DNA from: Eledone cirrhosa
Lineage: Eukaryota
DNA length: 64,000 nt
Assembly: GCA_964016885.1 (NCBI GenBank)
Contig: OZ024742.1
Location: 231,322,001 to 231,386,000 of the forward strand
Reading direction: 5' to 3'
The notes under the pieces are model-generated. The model made no database searches and was not told the origin of the DNA. It worked only from the letters and a program-made list of their open reading frames with translations. Shown here piece by piece: positions 26,778 through 41,550 of the stretch. Numbering within the stretch: the stretch's first letter is position 1; every line of letters begins with the position of its first letter. The translations under genes were made by a program, and so were the position numbers.

Positions 26778-26817
26778 CTTACAGACACACATAGGCACAC
26801 ATACACATATGTATATA

Positions 26818-26859
<42 letters not shown>

Positions 26860-27214
26860 AATATATATATATATGAGATAGGGCGGTAGAGGGGTAGGGA
26901 GTGAGAGAGGGGGTGGGGAGTGAGAGAGGGTCTGGTGGAGAGAGAGGGGGAGAGGGAGAGAGATGGGGAGGGAGAGAGGGGGGAGGGTGAGAGAAAGAGA
27001 GAGAGAAGGAAAGAAAGAAAGAGAAATAGAAAGATTTCATGATAAACTAATTGACTATCACTTTTCTGTCTTGTTCGCAATCATCATAGACTTCCCACCA
27101 ACAACATCCTGGTAACGTCTTTATCCTCTATATACAATCGATATATAATCAATACTACATATATTTATATATCCCTCACTACCTCTCTCTCCTCTTCTCT
27201 CTCTCTCTCTCTCT

Positions 27215-27846
27215 ACTATATATATATATATATATACATACATACATACATACAAACATACATACAAACATACATACATACATACATACATACAAACATA
27301 CATACATACATACATACAAACAAACAAACAAACATACATACATACATACATACATGCATACATACATACATACATACATACATACATACATACATACATA
27401 CATACATTCATACATACATACATACATACATACATACATACATACATACATACATACATTCATACATACATACATACATACATACATACATACATTCATA
27501 CATACATACATACATACATACATACATACATACATACATACATACAAACAAACAAACAAACAAACATACATACATACATACATACATGCATACATACATA
27601 CATACATACATACAAACATACATACATACATACATACAAACAAACAAACAAACAAACATACATACATACATACATACATGCATACATACATACATACATA
27701 CATACATACATACATACATACATACATACATACATACATACATTCATACATACATACATACATACATACATACATACATACATACATACATACATACATA
27801 CATACATACATACATACATACATACATACATACATTCATACATATA
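27215..27846. repeat. (TA)n + (TACA)n/(AACA)n microsatellite
   Basis: Directly visible. Confidence 0.95.
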
Positions 27847-28095
27847 ATGAAAGACAGTTTTCCAATATTTCTCCAAGTTTTTCCTTTCATGTTTTTGTTA
27901 CTTAATACAATGGATAAAGCATTAGCGGGCTTTATATCATCTCATGCTTATTGTCTAGCATTGAACGACTAAATTCAACTGTCTTTCGTTTAACATGTAT
28001 ATATAGATGTGTGTGGATGCATATATGCATGTATGTACAGATAGATAGATATATATACAGACAGATAGATATATAGATGTATGTACAGATAGATA

Positions 28096-31000
28096 TCTTT
28101 CTTTATTTGCCACAGGGGCGTACAAAAATGGGACATTACATGACATGACGGTGGGGGTTTTACATAAAAATAACTTTAACATTAATAAATAACAATAAAC
28201 TATATATAATAAAATAACAATTGAAATCCCCAATAGGGGAGAACGTTACTGCAGGGTTGTTTTACACCCCGTGGGTAGAACAACCCTCAACACCAGGAAC
28301 ACGTTTTGTAGGTGTTCCTGTCTTCCCTTTGTTTATCTTCCTCAACCTACAGGTTTATAGACAGGGAAGGCCCATTCACTCGGGCCATTTTCGCCACATT
28401 CACCCACCTTTCAGCGAATTTACTGGGGTGTAGCACCTCTCTCTCCACTCTCACCTTCCTTCTGAAGTGATACTTAAAGAAGGGGATAAGTTGTTGTCCG
28501 GAGAGAAAGGTGTTTGCCCTCAGTCCTTTTAACCTCGTCCACCATATTACCTCTTTCGCCATAGCCACCAGACAAAACCGCCTCTCCTTCGTTCTTAAAT
28601 GAAGGCGGCGGGGGGATCCTCACGATGAACTCGGCTGACAACTGGATGCGTCCCACACGTGACAGCAGCTGTTCGACATAATTCCACAGGTCGGTCACCC
28701 CTGGGCACTGAACAATTGCGTGCAGAACGGTTTCGATGTCCTGTTCGCATCTTGGACAGGTCCTTTTGGCAGGATCTCTGCCAGAGTGTCCGTGCCTGTA
28801 GATTTTGTCTCGAACTGGTAGAGCTCCTCGGTAGCACTGCCAGGCCAGAGACCTCTGGAAGTTGTCCATAGGCCCTGGACGGAAAGTCCTCCCGAACAGA
28901 CTGGTCAGTTCGTCCTCCTCGATGCCTAGAGTTTCCCCGAGAACGTCGTCGCACTTATCCTTCACTAATCCCCTATAGAATGTCGAAGTAGAGTCTCCGC
29001 TGATTGCCGTTTCCGCTTGGTAGAGGGCTGTGAGCGCCGGTAGGCACTCGAGGTACCAGGCACCCATTTTCGGTCTTCGCTTGACCCAGGACTGCAGCTC
29101 TGTTAGTGAGACGAGTTGTGGAAGAGCTTGTCTCACAAACGACAGCCACACCGGTTCACCGGTCAGGAATACCTGGAGATGGCGTAGCCTCAGCGCATGT
29201 TTGCGCATCATCAGCCACGGCATGCCCAGCCCTCTGTTAGAAGGGTGTTGACAGCAGATGGATCTCCTCACCAATGGAGCCTGTTTCTTCCAGAGGAACT
29301 TGAAGAGTAGGTGTTCCATTTTGGTAAGGTATTCGCGGGGGCAAGGCACGACTGTCAAGCGGTAATAGATGACGGACGCTATGTAAGTGTTCGCCACCTC
29401 CGCTCGACCTTTCAAGGAGAGTTTGCACTCAGCCCACTTCTGGGTGAGTGCAAACACCTTCGCCGTGACCTCGTTCCAGTTCTTGTTCACCTGGAGATCT
29501 GGACCGAACCAGACCCCGAACAATTTCACCGGTCCTTCCGTCTAGCATCCAACAATACTGTCGGAAGGCATGGGTTTGCCTCTCCATGTGCCGAGTTGCA
29601 AACCGACAGACTTGTTTGGGTTTAGTCTTGCTCCTGTCAACGTTTCGTAATAGGTTGCCGATTACCATGATTTCTAAGGTTTTCGACACCATTACGGTCG
29701 TCGGCATAGGCTGACGCTGCTTTCCGCAGTCCTGGTTCGATCGGGATGCCCTGCAACAGCTCCAATTTCCGCAGTAACGGCTCGAGAGTCAGTACATACA
29801 GAATGGAGGAGAGAGGGCATCCCTGACGGATGGAACGCATGAATTGGAATGGCTCTGATCGGTAGCCATTCACCTTGACTGCCGAGCAGATGCTGGTGTG
29901 CATGGCAGCAATCCAGCTTCTGAAGACGGGACCGAAGCCGGCCGCCTTGAGAACTGCTTCCAAGTATTGATGGTCGACCCTATCAAATGCCTTAGACTTA
30001 TCTAAATTGATCAGAGCCCCACCGAAGCCAGGTTTACACCCTACCCTCTCTATGATGTATCGCATGAGGTAGAGGTTGTCGTGTATGGACCTGGTCTGGA
30101 TTGCACACGTTTGGGCTTCCCCTACCAGGTTCTCGATGACAAGCGCCAGCCTTGCTGCTAACACTTTGGCCAAAATCTTTAACTCTGTGTTGAGCAGAGT
30201 TGTGGGCCTGAAATTGTTTATCTCATCCCCCTTGTTCTCATCTTTCCTGATCAGCGATACTACGCCTCTGCCTACAGAACTGGGAATCCTCCCGTTCTGC
30301 TGCCAGTTGCAGTAGACCGCTTTGAGGACGCCAGAGAAAAAGTCTGGCATACCTATGTAAAACTCATAGGGTAGACCATCTAAACCGGGTGATTTGCGTT
30401 TCCCGCAGCGGCCTAGGGCATCTTCTATTTCTCCCGCTGTGATCGGCCTTTCGCAGCTCTCCGCATCCCTGCTCGGGAGTCGCGGTACGCCGTCGAGGTA
30501 GGAACTGAAGTCCATCACCTCCCTTGACATACTGCTTTGCTCGAACAGTTGTGAAAAATGCTGCTGGAAGGCCGCGCTCATCTGCTTGGATTCAAGTATA
30601 ATGCGTCCATCTTTGTCTTGCAAAGACCGAATTGTGGATTTGTTGCCACTTTCTGCCTCTGCCACTCGGGCCCAGCTAACAGCTATGGCTCCCTCGTTTC
30701 TTAGAGCACGTGTTCTACTTCTGACAATACAACCTTCATGTTTCACGTTGAAGAACTGGTCTAGTGCCGTTCTCGCCGCTAGCACGTCAGCTGTACTGCC
30801 ATTCCTAAGTGCCTCTTCTATTTTAGCTACCAGTTCCTTTTCAGTTTTGTTTTTTTTCTAAAGCTACTTCCTTGCTAAATGCTATTGATTCTATTCTAAT
30901 TGCTCTCTTGAGAGAGCTCCACAACCTGTTGTTAACGATCGCCCCCGTCAACTGGCACTTAACTAAGGTGCTAATCTGTTTACTGTAGGCCTTACGCGCC

Positions 31001-31209
31001 GGGAGCGACATGTTTAGCTTCCAGTATCCGGGTCCCTGTCTATGTGTTCTATCAAGCTTGACTACGCAGGTGACTAATTTGTGGTCTGAATAGGCAACCA
31101 TGTGCATTTGTGGACAGCTTAATGTTTCCTTATCATTCTGTCTAATTAAAAATCTATCTAAATACGATCTAGAAGACCCAGTGCCGTTGCTCCACGTCCA
31201 TAGTGGTAC
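28096..31209 (-). mobile_element. Tx1 copy, 5'-truncated inside APE, with 19-bp TSD
   Basis: RT ORFs 29637-30785 and 28474-29529; ATGTATGTACAGATAGATA at both 28077-28095 and 31210-31228. Confidence 0.9.
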
Positions 31210-31219
31210 ATGTATGTAC

Positions 31220-31262
<43 letters not shown>

Positions 31263-31282
31263 ATGATAGATAGATAGATAGA

Positions 31283-34200
31283 TTTCTTTATTTGCCACAA
31301 GGGTGCACAAGAAAAGGGGACAATACAAAGACATATGGAGGCGGTTTTTACATACAGTCGTGTAAAAAAAAATTTTAACATGAAAATATAACAATCGAAA
31401 TCCCCAATAGTGGGGAGGCGTTACAAATGGGTTGTTTTATACCCCGTACATAGAACAACCCTCAACTCCAGGAGCGTGTTGTGCAAGTGCTCCTTTCTTC
31501 TTTTCGCTCTCTTCTTCAACCTACAGGTTTATATACAAAGAAGGCCCAATCACTCGGGTCATTCTCACCACATACATCTTTCAGTAAATTTACTGGGGTG
31601 CAGTACCTCTCTCTCCACTCAGATTCTCCTTCTAAAGTGGTACCTAAAGAAGGGAATGAGTTGTTGTCCGGAGAGAAAGGCATCTGCCCTCACTCCTCTC
31701 AACCTTGTCTACCATATAACCTCTTTCCCCATACAGAGGAAAACCACCTCTCCTTCGTTTTTAAATGAAGGTGGCAGTTTTATCCTTACTATGGACTCGA
31801 CAGTCAACTGGATTTGTCCCACACGCGACAGCAGTTGTTCTGCGTAGTTACCACAAGTCGGTTACGCCCGGACAGTGTACAATTGCGTGCAGGACGGTTT
31901 CAATGTCCCGCTCCCATCTTGGACATGTCCTCTTTGAAGGATTCCTGCCGGGGCGTCCGTGCCTGTAGATCTTATCGCGCACTGGTAGAGCTCCTCGGTA
32001 ACACTGCCAGGCCAGGGACCTTTGTAAGTTGTCCATAGGTCCCTGGCGGAAAGTCCTACCGAACAGACTTCTTCGGCGCTCAGTGTTTCTCCGAGCATGT
32101 CGTCGCACTTGTATCGTACTATCCTTCTATAGAATTACGAAGTGGAGTCTCCACTGATTGCTGTGCCCGCTTGACAGAGGACTGTGAGCGCCTGAGCGCA
32201 TTCAATATGCCAGGCGCCCATATTCTTCGGTCTCTGCTTGACCCAGGACTGCAGCTCCGTCAGCGAGTCAAGTTGCGGAAAGGCTTGTCTCACAAATGGG
32301 GCCCACACCGGTGGGACGATGAGGAATACCTGGAGATGCCGTAGCCTCAGAGCGTGTTTTCACATCACCAGCCACGGCATTCCTAGCCCTCCATTGGAAG
32401 GGTGCTGACAGCAGACGGATCTCCTCCCCAGTGGAGCCTGCTTCTTCCAAAGGAATTGGAAGAGCATGCGTTCCATCTTGGTGAGGTGTTCACGGGGACA
32501 AGGCACGACGGTCAAGCGGTAGTAGATGACGGACGCTATGAAAGTGTTAGCCACCTCCACTCGACCTTTCAAGAATAGTTTGCATTCTGCCCATTCTGGG
32601 TGAGCGCAAATACCTTGGCCGTGACCTTGTTTCAGTTTTTCTCCACCTGGCGGTCCGGACCGAACCAGACCCCGAGCAATTTCACCGGTCCTTCCGTCCG
32701 GCGTCCGACGACGCTGTCAGACGGCATCGGTTTTCCTCTCCACGTTCCGAGTTGCAAACCGACAGACTTGTCCGGGTTGAGTTTTGCTCCTGCAAGCCTT
32801 TCGTATTCCTGCAGTAAGTTGCCGATCGCCCTGATTTCCGAGGTTTTCGACACCATTTCTGTCACGTCGTCGGCATAAGCCGACGTCGCTTTTTGCAGTC
32901 CCGGTTCCAAAGGGATGCCCTGCAAAAGCTACAACTTCCGCAGAATGGAGGAGAGGGCATCCCTGTCGGATGGAGCGCGTGATTTGGAACGGCTCCGATA
33001 AGTAGCCGTTCACCTTGATTGTCGAGCAGATGTTGGTATGCATGGATGTGACCCAGCCTCAGAAGACGGGTCCGAAGCCGGCCGCATTGAGAAACGCTTG
33101 CAAATATCGATGGTCGACCCTATCAAACGCCTTAGACTGATCAAGAGACGCGGGAGGCCGTCGAGGTATGAACCGAAGTCCATTGCCTCGTTTGGCGCAC
33201 CGCTCTGCTCGAACAGTTGCGCAAAGTGCCGTTGAAAGGCCGTGCACATCCGCTTGGAGTCAAGTAGCACGTGTCCGTTTTGGTCTTTCAAAGACCGAAT
33301 CGTAGACTTTTCGCCTCTGCCACTCTGGCCCAGCTAACAGCTTTTGCTCCTTCGTTTCCTAGATCACGTGATCTACTCCTGACCACGCAGCCTTCGTGTT
33401 TCGCATCGAAGAACTGGCCTAGTGCCGTTCTCATTGCTAGCACTCTAGCTGCGTTGCCACTCCTAAGCGCCTCCTCTACCTTGTCTACTAGTTCTCTTTC
33501 TGTTTTCTTTTTCTCTAAGCTATGGACTCTACTGTAATTGCTCTCTTGAGAGAGTACCACCATCTATTGTTGACGATGGCTCCCGTCAACTCTTGCTTAA
33601 CTAATCTACGTATCCATCTACTGTAGGCTTTACGCGTCGGTAACGACATGTTCAGCTTCCAGTATCCGGGTCCTTGTCTATGCGTTCTATCATGGTTGAC
33701 TATGTAGGGGACTAGTTTGTGGTCTGAATAGGCAACCATGTACATTTTCCTCTCTCTCTAATAAAAAAAAACCTATCTCAATACGATCTAGATGTCCCGC
33801 TACGATTTTTCCATGTCCACTGTAGTGCACTCGGGAAATCTAGTCGATACCTATCAGCCAGTTGGAATTGGCCGATTAAATTTTTGAGGCTGTTGCACCC
33901 CCTTCTACTGGGACATGTTCCTACATAGTCGCAACGTGTGTCTAGGATACCATTCCAGTCCTCCACTAAAAGCAAGGAGCGAGACGTTCCCAGAAAAGAC
34001 TCTAGACGCTTAAAGAAGTCTAGCCGCGATTGCCCAGTCGGGGCATAAACGGCCACCAGTCTGAAGGCTCCACCTCCAACAATGTTCACGTCTAGGACTA
34101 CCAGTCTACCCTCCGAGTCTAAGTGTGTTTCCTGTATTTCGAGGTCCAGGTTTTCCGAAACATGACAGCCACTCCCCCTCCACCTCCTGGCTGACAGAGA

Positions 34201-35692
34201 GATGCGTAGATCTCAAAGTCATCAAAGATGGGGGTTAGTTGCTGCCTGTTGTGGATCCTGGACTCAGTGATGGCTATCACATCCATACCGTGTGACCTAA
34301 GGTCGTTTAAAAGTTGGTCCTGTTTCCAGGGCATCCCTAGGCCTCGCACATTCACACTTCCAACTCGTAGATTAGCCATGTTGGTGGAGAAGAGTTGGCG
34401 AAAAAGGACGAAAAGATGCACTTACCTTTTCGTTTCCTGAAGATCGAGTTGTTCAATCTCCATTTGGGTGCTGGTGGGGGTGTTGGGTGGGGGTGGGGAA
34501 ACATTTTAATAGGACGCGATTTATGGTGGTGGTGGTTTTGGTGTTGGTGTTAGTAAAAGTACTTTTTTGTTGATGTTTGTTCGTAAGAGGGGACAGGGGG
34601 CCTTTAAATGCGACGTGCTAGAGCATTTAAAACAATGTGGCCTTCCCACTTCTGCCGAAATGTGAATGTAGTTTGTGTTGATCACTGGTACTCTTTCTGG
34701 GATATTGAAAATTCTGTCTGGTTTCATTTGAACTAGAATTTCCAAACTTATGCCATTCCAGGTGTTTCTTGTGGATTTGTGTATCGAAAGGATCGTGTCT
34801 TCTTCCTCCTCCAAGAACCCTGCCAGAATTACCAGATATTAGTATTTGGTGGTATGTTTGTAATATTTATTTCCTGAGTAGAGGTCACCGAGTATTTTTG
34901 TGCAAGGGCCTCGCTTTTGAAAAGGACCGAAATGCTTCCATATTGCTTAGCCCTTTGTATGAAATCAATATCTGGCATTGCCTCTTTCAAGACCATTTCA
35001 ATCTCTCCTTGAGTAAAGAAAGCCGGTTTTTTTAATGTATTTGCGATTGTACGAAAAATCATAGTCTCGCGCATTGTGTCAGCCCTAATTTGTGGCGGAG
35101 GGGTTATTCTAAATCCCCCCCCCCCCTTTCTTCGAAAGTAATGTATTTTTTTCCTTCACTTATCATTTCTTTTGCATTAGAAATGTCTAAGTTTGTTAAA
35201 CTTTGTTTGCTCGCTGCTGTTTGTGCGAAAGATGTTGTATGGTCGCTGTCGTTGTTGTTGTTCTCAATTGTTGTTTCATTTGTGGTGGTGGAGTTCATCC
35301 CCTGTTCAGTAGTTTTTTGTGTAGCTTGCGTATCCATATTTTTTTCATGAAATTTTTCACGGTCGTTACTGTCAACACAGGTTGTCATAGCGACATTTAT
35401 AGCAGCAGTCGAGCTGCCGACATTCAATCCAATGCTCCCACTTCCATTCGTGGTGGCAGGCAAAGCTAACGTTTCTTTTCTATCGCTCATTGCTATGCAG
35501 TGATTTTCAAACAAAATTTTGATATTTTCCTAATTAAATTTTCGCCCCTGGGAGGCGAAAAATGACATAACCTACCCGCTGACAATTCAGACGGGGATCA
35601 ATCTACAAAATGGCACATTTTTTAACAGAAAATGTTTGTTTTTGTATGTAAAAAAAGACAAAAACTTACCAGCGAGACTGGCACACGTTTTC
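31283..35692 (-). mobile_element. Tx1 copy retaining both ends, with internal deletions
   Basis: ORF1 (CFKCSSTSHLKAPC), ORF2 start MANLRVGSVNVRGL, RT deleted between LPRL and LDQSKAFD near 33145; (GATA)n on both flanks; 5' end shares ACGTGTG and a TTTCGCC...GGCGAAA hairpin with the 12967 copy. Confidence 0.88.
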
Positions 35693-35717
35693 CTATCTAA
35701 TAGATAGATATGCTTCT

Positions 35718-35792
<75 letters not shown>

Positions 35793-35799
35793 ATAGATA

Positions 35800-36410
35800 A
35801 GTTTCTTTTATTTGCCACTAGGGCATCAAAAGTGGGACAAGTACAAAGGGGGGAGTTTACACAAAAAGGCGTCCTCAATAAGGAGGAGGCAATAACAAAA
35901 TATAAAAATAAAATAAGATATAACAAAAAATAAAATTTTTAACAAAATCCTCAATAGAGAGGAGGCGCCTTGGGGGGTCGCACACACCCCCGAAAAAAGT
36001 GTGCAACCCTTCTCCTCAGGAGCACAGAGAAGGGGTGCTCCCTTGGTCTTTCATCTTCCTCACCTATAGTCTGATGTAGAGTGAAGGCCCATTCACACGG
36101 GCCATTCTCGCCACTTTCACCCATCTTTCATAGAAACGGCTGGGGTGCAGCACCTCTCTCTCCATCCTGATCCTTCTTCCGAAATGATATCGGAAGAAAC
36201 GGACCAGTTGTTGGCCAGAGAGAAAGGTGCCTGACCTCAGTCCTTTCAGACGCGTCCACCATACAACCTCTTTCGCCATGGCTATTACGCACAGAAACAC
36301 CGCCTCTGCTTCATCTTTGAAGGGGGGAGGCGGCTTGATCATTACAATAGACTCGGTGGTCAACCGGATCGGTCCCACCCTTGACAGCAGTTGTTCGACA
36401 TAGCCCCACA
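35800..36410 (-). mobile_element. Short 5'-truncated Tx1 copy (3' end only)
   Basis: ORF 36064-36378 matches the ORF2 C-terminus; (GATA)n on both sides. Confidence 0.88.
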
Positions 36411-36415
36411 GATAA

Positions 36416-36482
<67 letters not shown>

Positions 36483-38564
36483 TGTTTCTTTATTAGCCAC
36501 AGGGGCACAAAAGAAGGGGACAAATATAAAGGGGGAAGTTTATATACAATAAAAACGTGTAAAATATTATCACAAATGTAATTTAAAAATTAGTAGATTT
36601 TCCCCAATAGGGGGAGACATTTCATATGGGTAAGACATACCCCCGAAAAAAAAATGTGCAACCCTCATCTCCAGGAGTACGAAGAGTTTGTACTCCTTTC
36701 CTCTCCTCCTCTTTTTCCTCAACCTACAGGCTGATATAGAGAGAAGGCCCATTCACTCGGGCCATTCTCGCCACTTTCACCCACCTTTCATAAAACTTGC
36801 TGGGGTACAGCACCCTCTCTCCATCCTGATTCTTCTTCCAAAGTGGTATTTGAAAAAAAGAATCAGTTGTTGGCCGGAGAGAAAGGTGTCTGACCTCAGC
36901 CCTTTCAACCTTGTCCACCATACAACCTCTTTCGCCATAGCTATCACACAAAGGAAAACCGCCTCTCCTTCGTTTTTGAAGGAGGGTGGCGGTTTGATCA
37001 TGACAATGGACTCGGTGGTCAACCGGATTGGTCCCACCCGCGACAATAATCGTTCTACATAGCCCCACAGGTCGGTGACACCCGGGCAGTGTATGAATGC
37101 GTGCGCGACGGTTTCTTCGTCTCGTACGCACCTCGGACTGATCTTTTTTGCAGGGTCCCTGCCCGGGCGCCCATGTCTGTAGAGCTTGTCTCGAACTGGT
37201 AGAGCTCCTCGGTAGCACTGCCAGGCCAGGGACTTTTGGAAGTTGTCCATCGGTCCCGGGCGGAAGGTCCTACCGAACAGACTGGCCAGTTCGTCTTCCT
37301 CTACGCCCAGAGTTTCACCGAGCGCGTCGTCGAACTTGCTGCGGATCAACCCTCTATAGAATGATGAAGTGGAGTCCCCACTGATCGCCTGGTTCGTTTG
37401 CCAGAGGACTGTGAGCGCCTGAGCACATTCGATGTGCTTGACGCAGGACTGCAGCTCGGTCAGCGAGACGAGTCGTGGGAAGGCTCGCCTCACGAACGGG
37501 GCCCACACCGGTTGTCCGGTGAGGAATACGTAGAGATGCCGCAGCCTGAGTGCGTGTTTGCGCATCGTCAGCCACGGCATCCCCAGCCCTCCGTTGGAAG
37601 GGCGTTGGCAGCAGATGGATCTTTTCACCAAAGGAGCCCGCCTCTTCCAAAGGAATTTGAAGAGCGCGCGCTCCATTTTGGCGAGCGTTTTTGCTGGACA
37701 AGGCACGACGGTCAAGCGGTAGTAGATGGCGGACGCTATAAAAGTGTTCGCCACCTCCGCTCGACCTTTCAAGGATAGTTTGCACTCGGCCCACTTCTGG
37801 GTGAGTGCAAACACCTTGGCCGACACCTCGTTCCAGTTCTTCTCTACCTGGAGGTCCGGACCAAACCAGACCCCGAGCAGCTTTACTGGTCCTTCCGTCC
37901 AGCGTCCGACGACGCCATCGGAAGGCATCGGTTTGCCTCTCCACGATCCGAGTTGCAAACCGATGGATTTGTCCCGGTTCAGCTTCGCTCCTGTGACACT
38001 TTCGTATTCCTTCAGTAAGGTGCCGACTTCCTCGATTTGCGAGGCGCTCGATACCATTACTGTCACGTCGTCGGCGTAGGCCCACGCCGCTTTCCGCAGT
38101 CCCGGTTCCAGAGGGATGCCCTGCAATAGCTCCAACTTCCGCAGTAGTGGCTCGAGAGTCAATACGTACAGAAGGGAGGAGAGAGGGCATCCCTGTCGAA
38201 TGGATCGCGTGATATGGAACGGCTCCGAGAGGTAGCCGTTCACCTTAACCCTTGAGCAGATGTTGCTGTTATGCATTGCAGCAATCCAGCCCCTGAACAC
38301 GGGTCCGAAGCCTGCCGCCTCGAGCACCGCATCCAGGTAACGATGGTCAACCCTATCGAAAGCCTTAGACTGATCCAAGTTGATCAGGGCCCCACCGAAG
38401 CCGGGTTTACACCCTACCCTCTCTATGATGTATCGCATGAGGTGGAGGTTGTCGTGTATGGACCTGATCGGGATTGCGCATGTCTGCGCTTCTCCCACCA
38501 AGTTCCCGACGACAAGCGCCAGCCTCTTTGCCAACACCTTGGCCAAAATCTGTAACTCTGTGTT

Positions 38565-38567
<3 letters not shown>
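36483..38567 (-). mobile_element. 5'-truncated Tx1 copy, very similar to the 12967-18585 copy
   Basis: RT from LNTELQILAKV through AYADD to the C-terminus; 3' UTR almost identical to 12967-13230; (GATA)n on both sides. Confidence 0.92.
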
Positions 38568-38611
<44 letters not shown>

Positions 38612-38614
<3 letters not shown>

Positions 38615-39340
38615 TCTTTATTTTCCACAAAGACGTATAAAAATGGGACATTAAAAGACGTGACGGCGGGAGTTTTACATAAAATCTTTAACAATAATGA
38701 ATAACAATTAACTATATATAAAATAAAACAATAGAAATCCCCAATAGGGGGAACTTTACTGCAGGGTTGTTTTCCATCCCGGGGTTGTTTTACACCTACA
38801 GGTTTATATACCGAGAAGGCCCATTTACTCGAGTCATGTTCGCTACATTCACCCACCTCTCAGTGAATTTACTGGGGTGTAGCACCTCTCTCTCCACTCT
38901 CACCTTCCTTCTGAAGTGATATTTAACCAGTCCTTTTAACCTCGTCCACCATTTTGTGCACCAGGCAGAGGAAAACCACCTCTCCTTCATTCTTAAATGA
39001 AGGCGGAGGAGTGATCCTTTTGGTGTTGGTGTTGGTAAGAGTACTTTTTTGTCTTGTTTTTTTTAAGTTTATCTGTAAAGGGCCTTTAAATGCGATGTGC
39101 TGGAACATCGAAAGCAGTGCGGCCTCCCACCTTCAGTGGAAATGTTGATGTGGCTGTTATTGTCCACTAGTACTCTTTCTGGAATCTTGGAGATTCTCTC
39201 CGGCTTCATTTGTACTAAAAGTTCCAAATTTGTACCAGATCACGTGTGTCTAGTTGATTTTTTTGGTGGAGAGGATGGTGTCCTCCCCTTCCTCTAAATA
39301 TCCTGCCAAAATCCACCAAATATTGATATTTGCTGGTGTA
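38612..39340 (-). mobile_element. Heavily internally deleted Tx1 copy (ORF1 piece fused to ORF2 3' end)
   Basis: 39020-39340 matches the ORF1 knuckle region (IWWILAGYLEEGEDTILS); 38612-39017 matches ORF2 end and 3' UTR; (GATA)n on both sides. Confidence 0.8.
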
Positions 39341-39341
39341 A

Positions 39342-39402
<61 letters not shown>

Positions 39403-39419
39403 CGTGACTGATAGTCGAC

Positions 39420-40068
<649 letters not shown>

Positions 40069-40711
40069 GTGTGTGTAATCATTAATTAACATGAACTTTC
40101 TCTCTCTCTGGAAGAAATCTGGAGTGATCGGATCTGGAATTAGATAGATTCAGTCACGTTTTAAATACCCAAGACACGCCCTGCGTCAGGACGTCGCTCC
40201 TACGACTCCATCAGCAGTTAAGTGTCCTTTCTTTCATGTCTGTGTCCACCTGCTTCACAGTTCTAGATCAACATCAACCATCACCTCCCTCACCAGTCAT
40301 GTAAAGTCCACAAGAACTATGGACAAACCTCTCTCTACTTGTATTAAATAAATGTTTTCCTGTTGATTAAACCTCGAGTGATATCAAATGATCTTGTGTT
40401 TTCATCAAATACAACTCCATCTACTTTAGCATCTGTGTATTTATTTATTTTTTAGGAAAAACTAATTTTCAATTATTGAAAATTTCACGTGAAAAGGAAT
40501 TTAACAGATATTTTCCTAAAAATAATAGAAATTTAAACAAAACAAATCATTTTTCAAAAGAAAAAAAAAATGTTTCACCATGAATTTCAAAATTAATTTA
40601 TTTCATTTTATTTTCCTTTGCTTTCCTTTAATATTTTCATTCCACTAGGATGATCTCAATTTTTATCATCTCATATCATGTATTCATATATATATATATG
40701 AATACATAATA

Positions 40712-40794
<83 letters not shown>

Positions 40795-40949
40795 GGTTTG
40801 TCTTGTTCCAGTGTAAATTTAACGCGATATCCAATGACCAATAGTCGATTGGTTAGTTTGTTTAACCCTTTCGTTACAATATTTCTAGGTAGCGAATTGA
40901 GTTGTTAAAACATCGAATAAAATGTTTTGCGGTATTTGTTCCGGCTGTT

Positions 40950-41550
40950 TACGCTCTCCTCGTCTCGCACTCGGTCGCACCAGGACACACGAAGAATCAT
41001 TCGCAGACACCGCTGGTGGAAAGCGTTCAGCCGTCTCTCTATCTTTGCCGTGCTCTTCCATCTTTCGCTCTCGTAAAGCACTGTCAGCAGCACAAGCTCT
41101 TGTACAGGCGCAGCCTGATGCATGTACAGGCGCAGCTTGATGTAGATGCATTAAAACGATCAGACTGGGCGCATCTGCTGGAAAACTGCGGCTCCTTTAC
41201 CAATCCGACAGTTGATGTCAAGCTCTGCATCGCTAATGCTTGCTAGGATGCCGACTCGTGGACGCTGCATGGGGTGGTCACGGAGCGCCGGTTACACCTG
41301 ACTGGCCATATTCTGCACCTGCCTAACGAACGACACTCGAAAACGGCGATAAACTGGGCTCTACCTGGCGGCAAACGGAAGCGGGGTTGTCCCAGGATCA
41401 CCTGGCGACGAACGTTCCAAAAAGACCTGATGGCAGTCAACATCACTTGACACAGACGCGAAAAAGCCGCCGCTGATCGTCATCGTTGGCGACTATTTAC
41501 TACTCGATGTGCCGAAAGGTGCGGAAAACCCTAAGGTTAAGACTAAGAGG
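40950..41550. mobile_element. RTE LINE 3' fragment with inverted 5' segment
   Basis: Minus 41240-40955: DINCRIGKGAAVF...VLYESERW...RLNAFHQRCLRMILRVSWCDRVRDEE; plus from about 41250: VVTERRLHLTGHILHLP...GGKRKRGCPRITWRRTF; short repeat tail near 41530-41548. Confidence 0.8.

Noticed and set aside
38567-38651. N-terminus of the 624-aa ORF 36777-38651
   Set aside because: The IYLS repeats are translated (TCTA)n plus the neighbouring element's 3' UTR, fortuitously in frame with a truncated RT.
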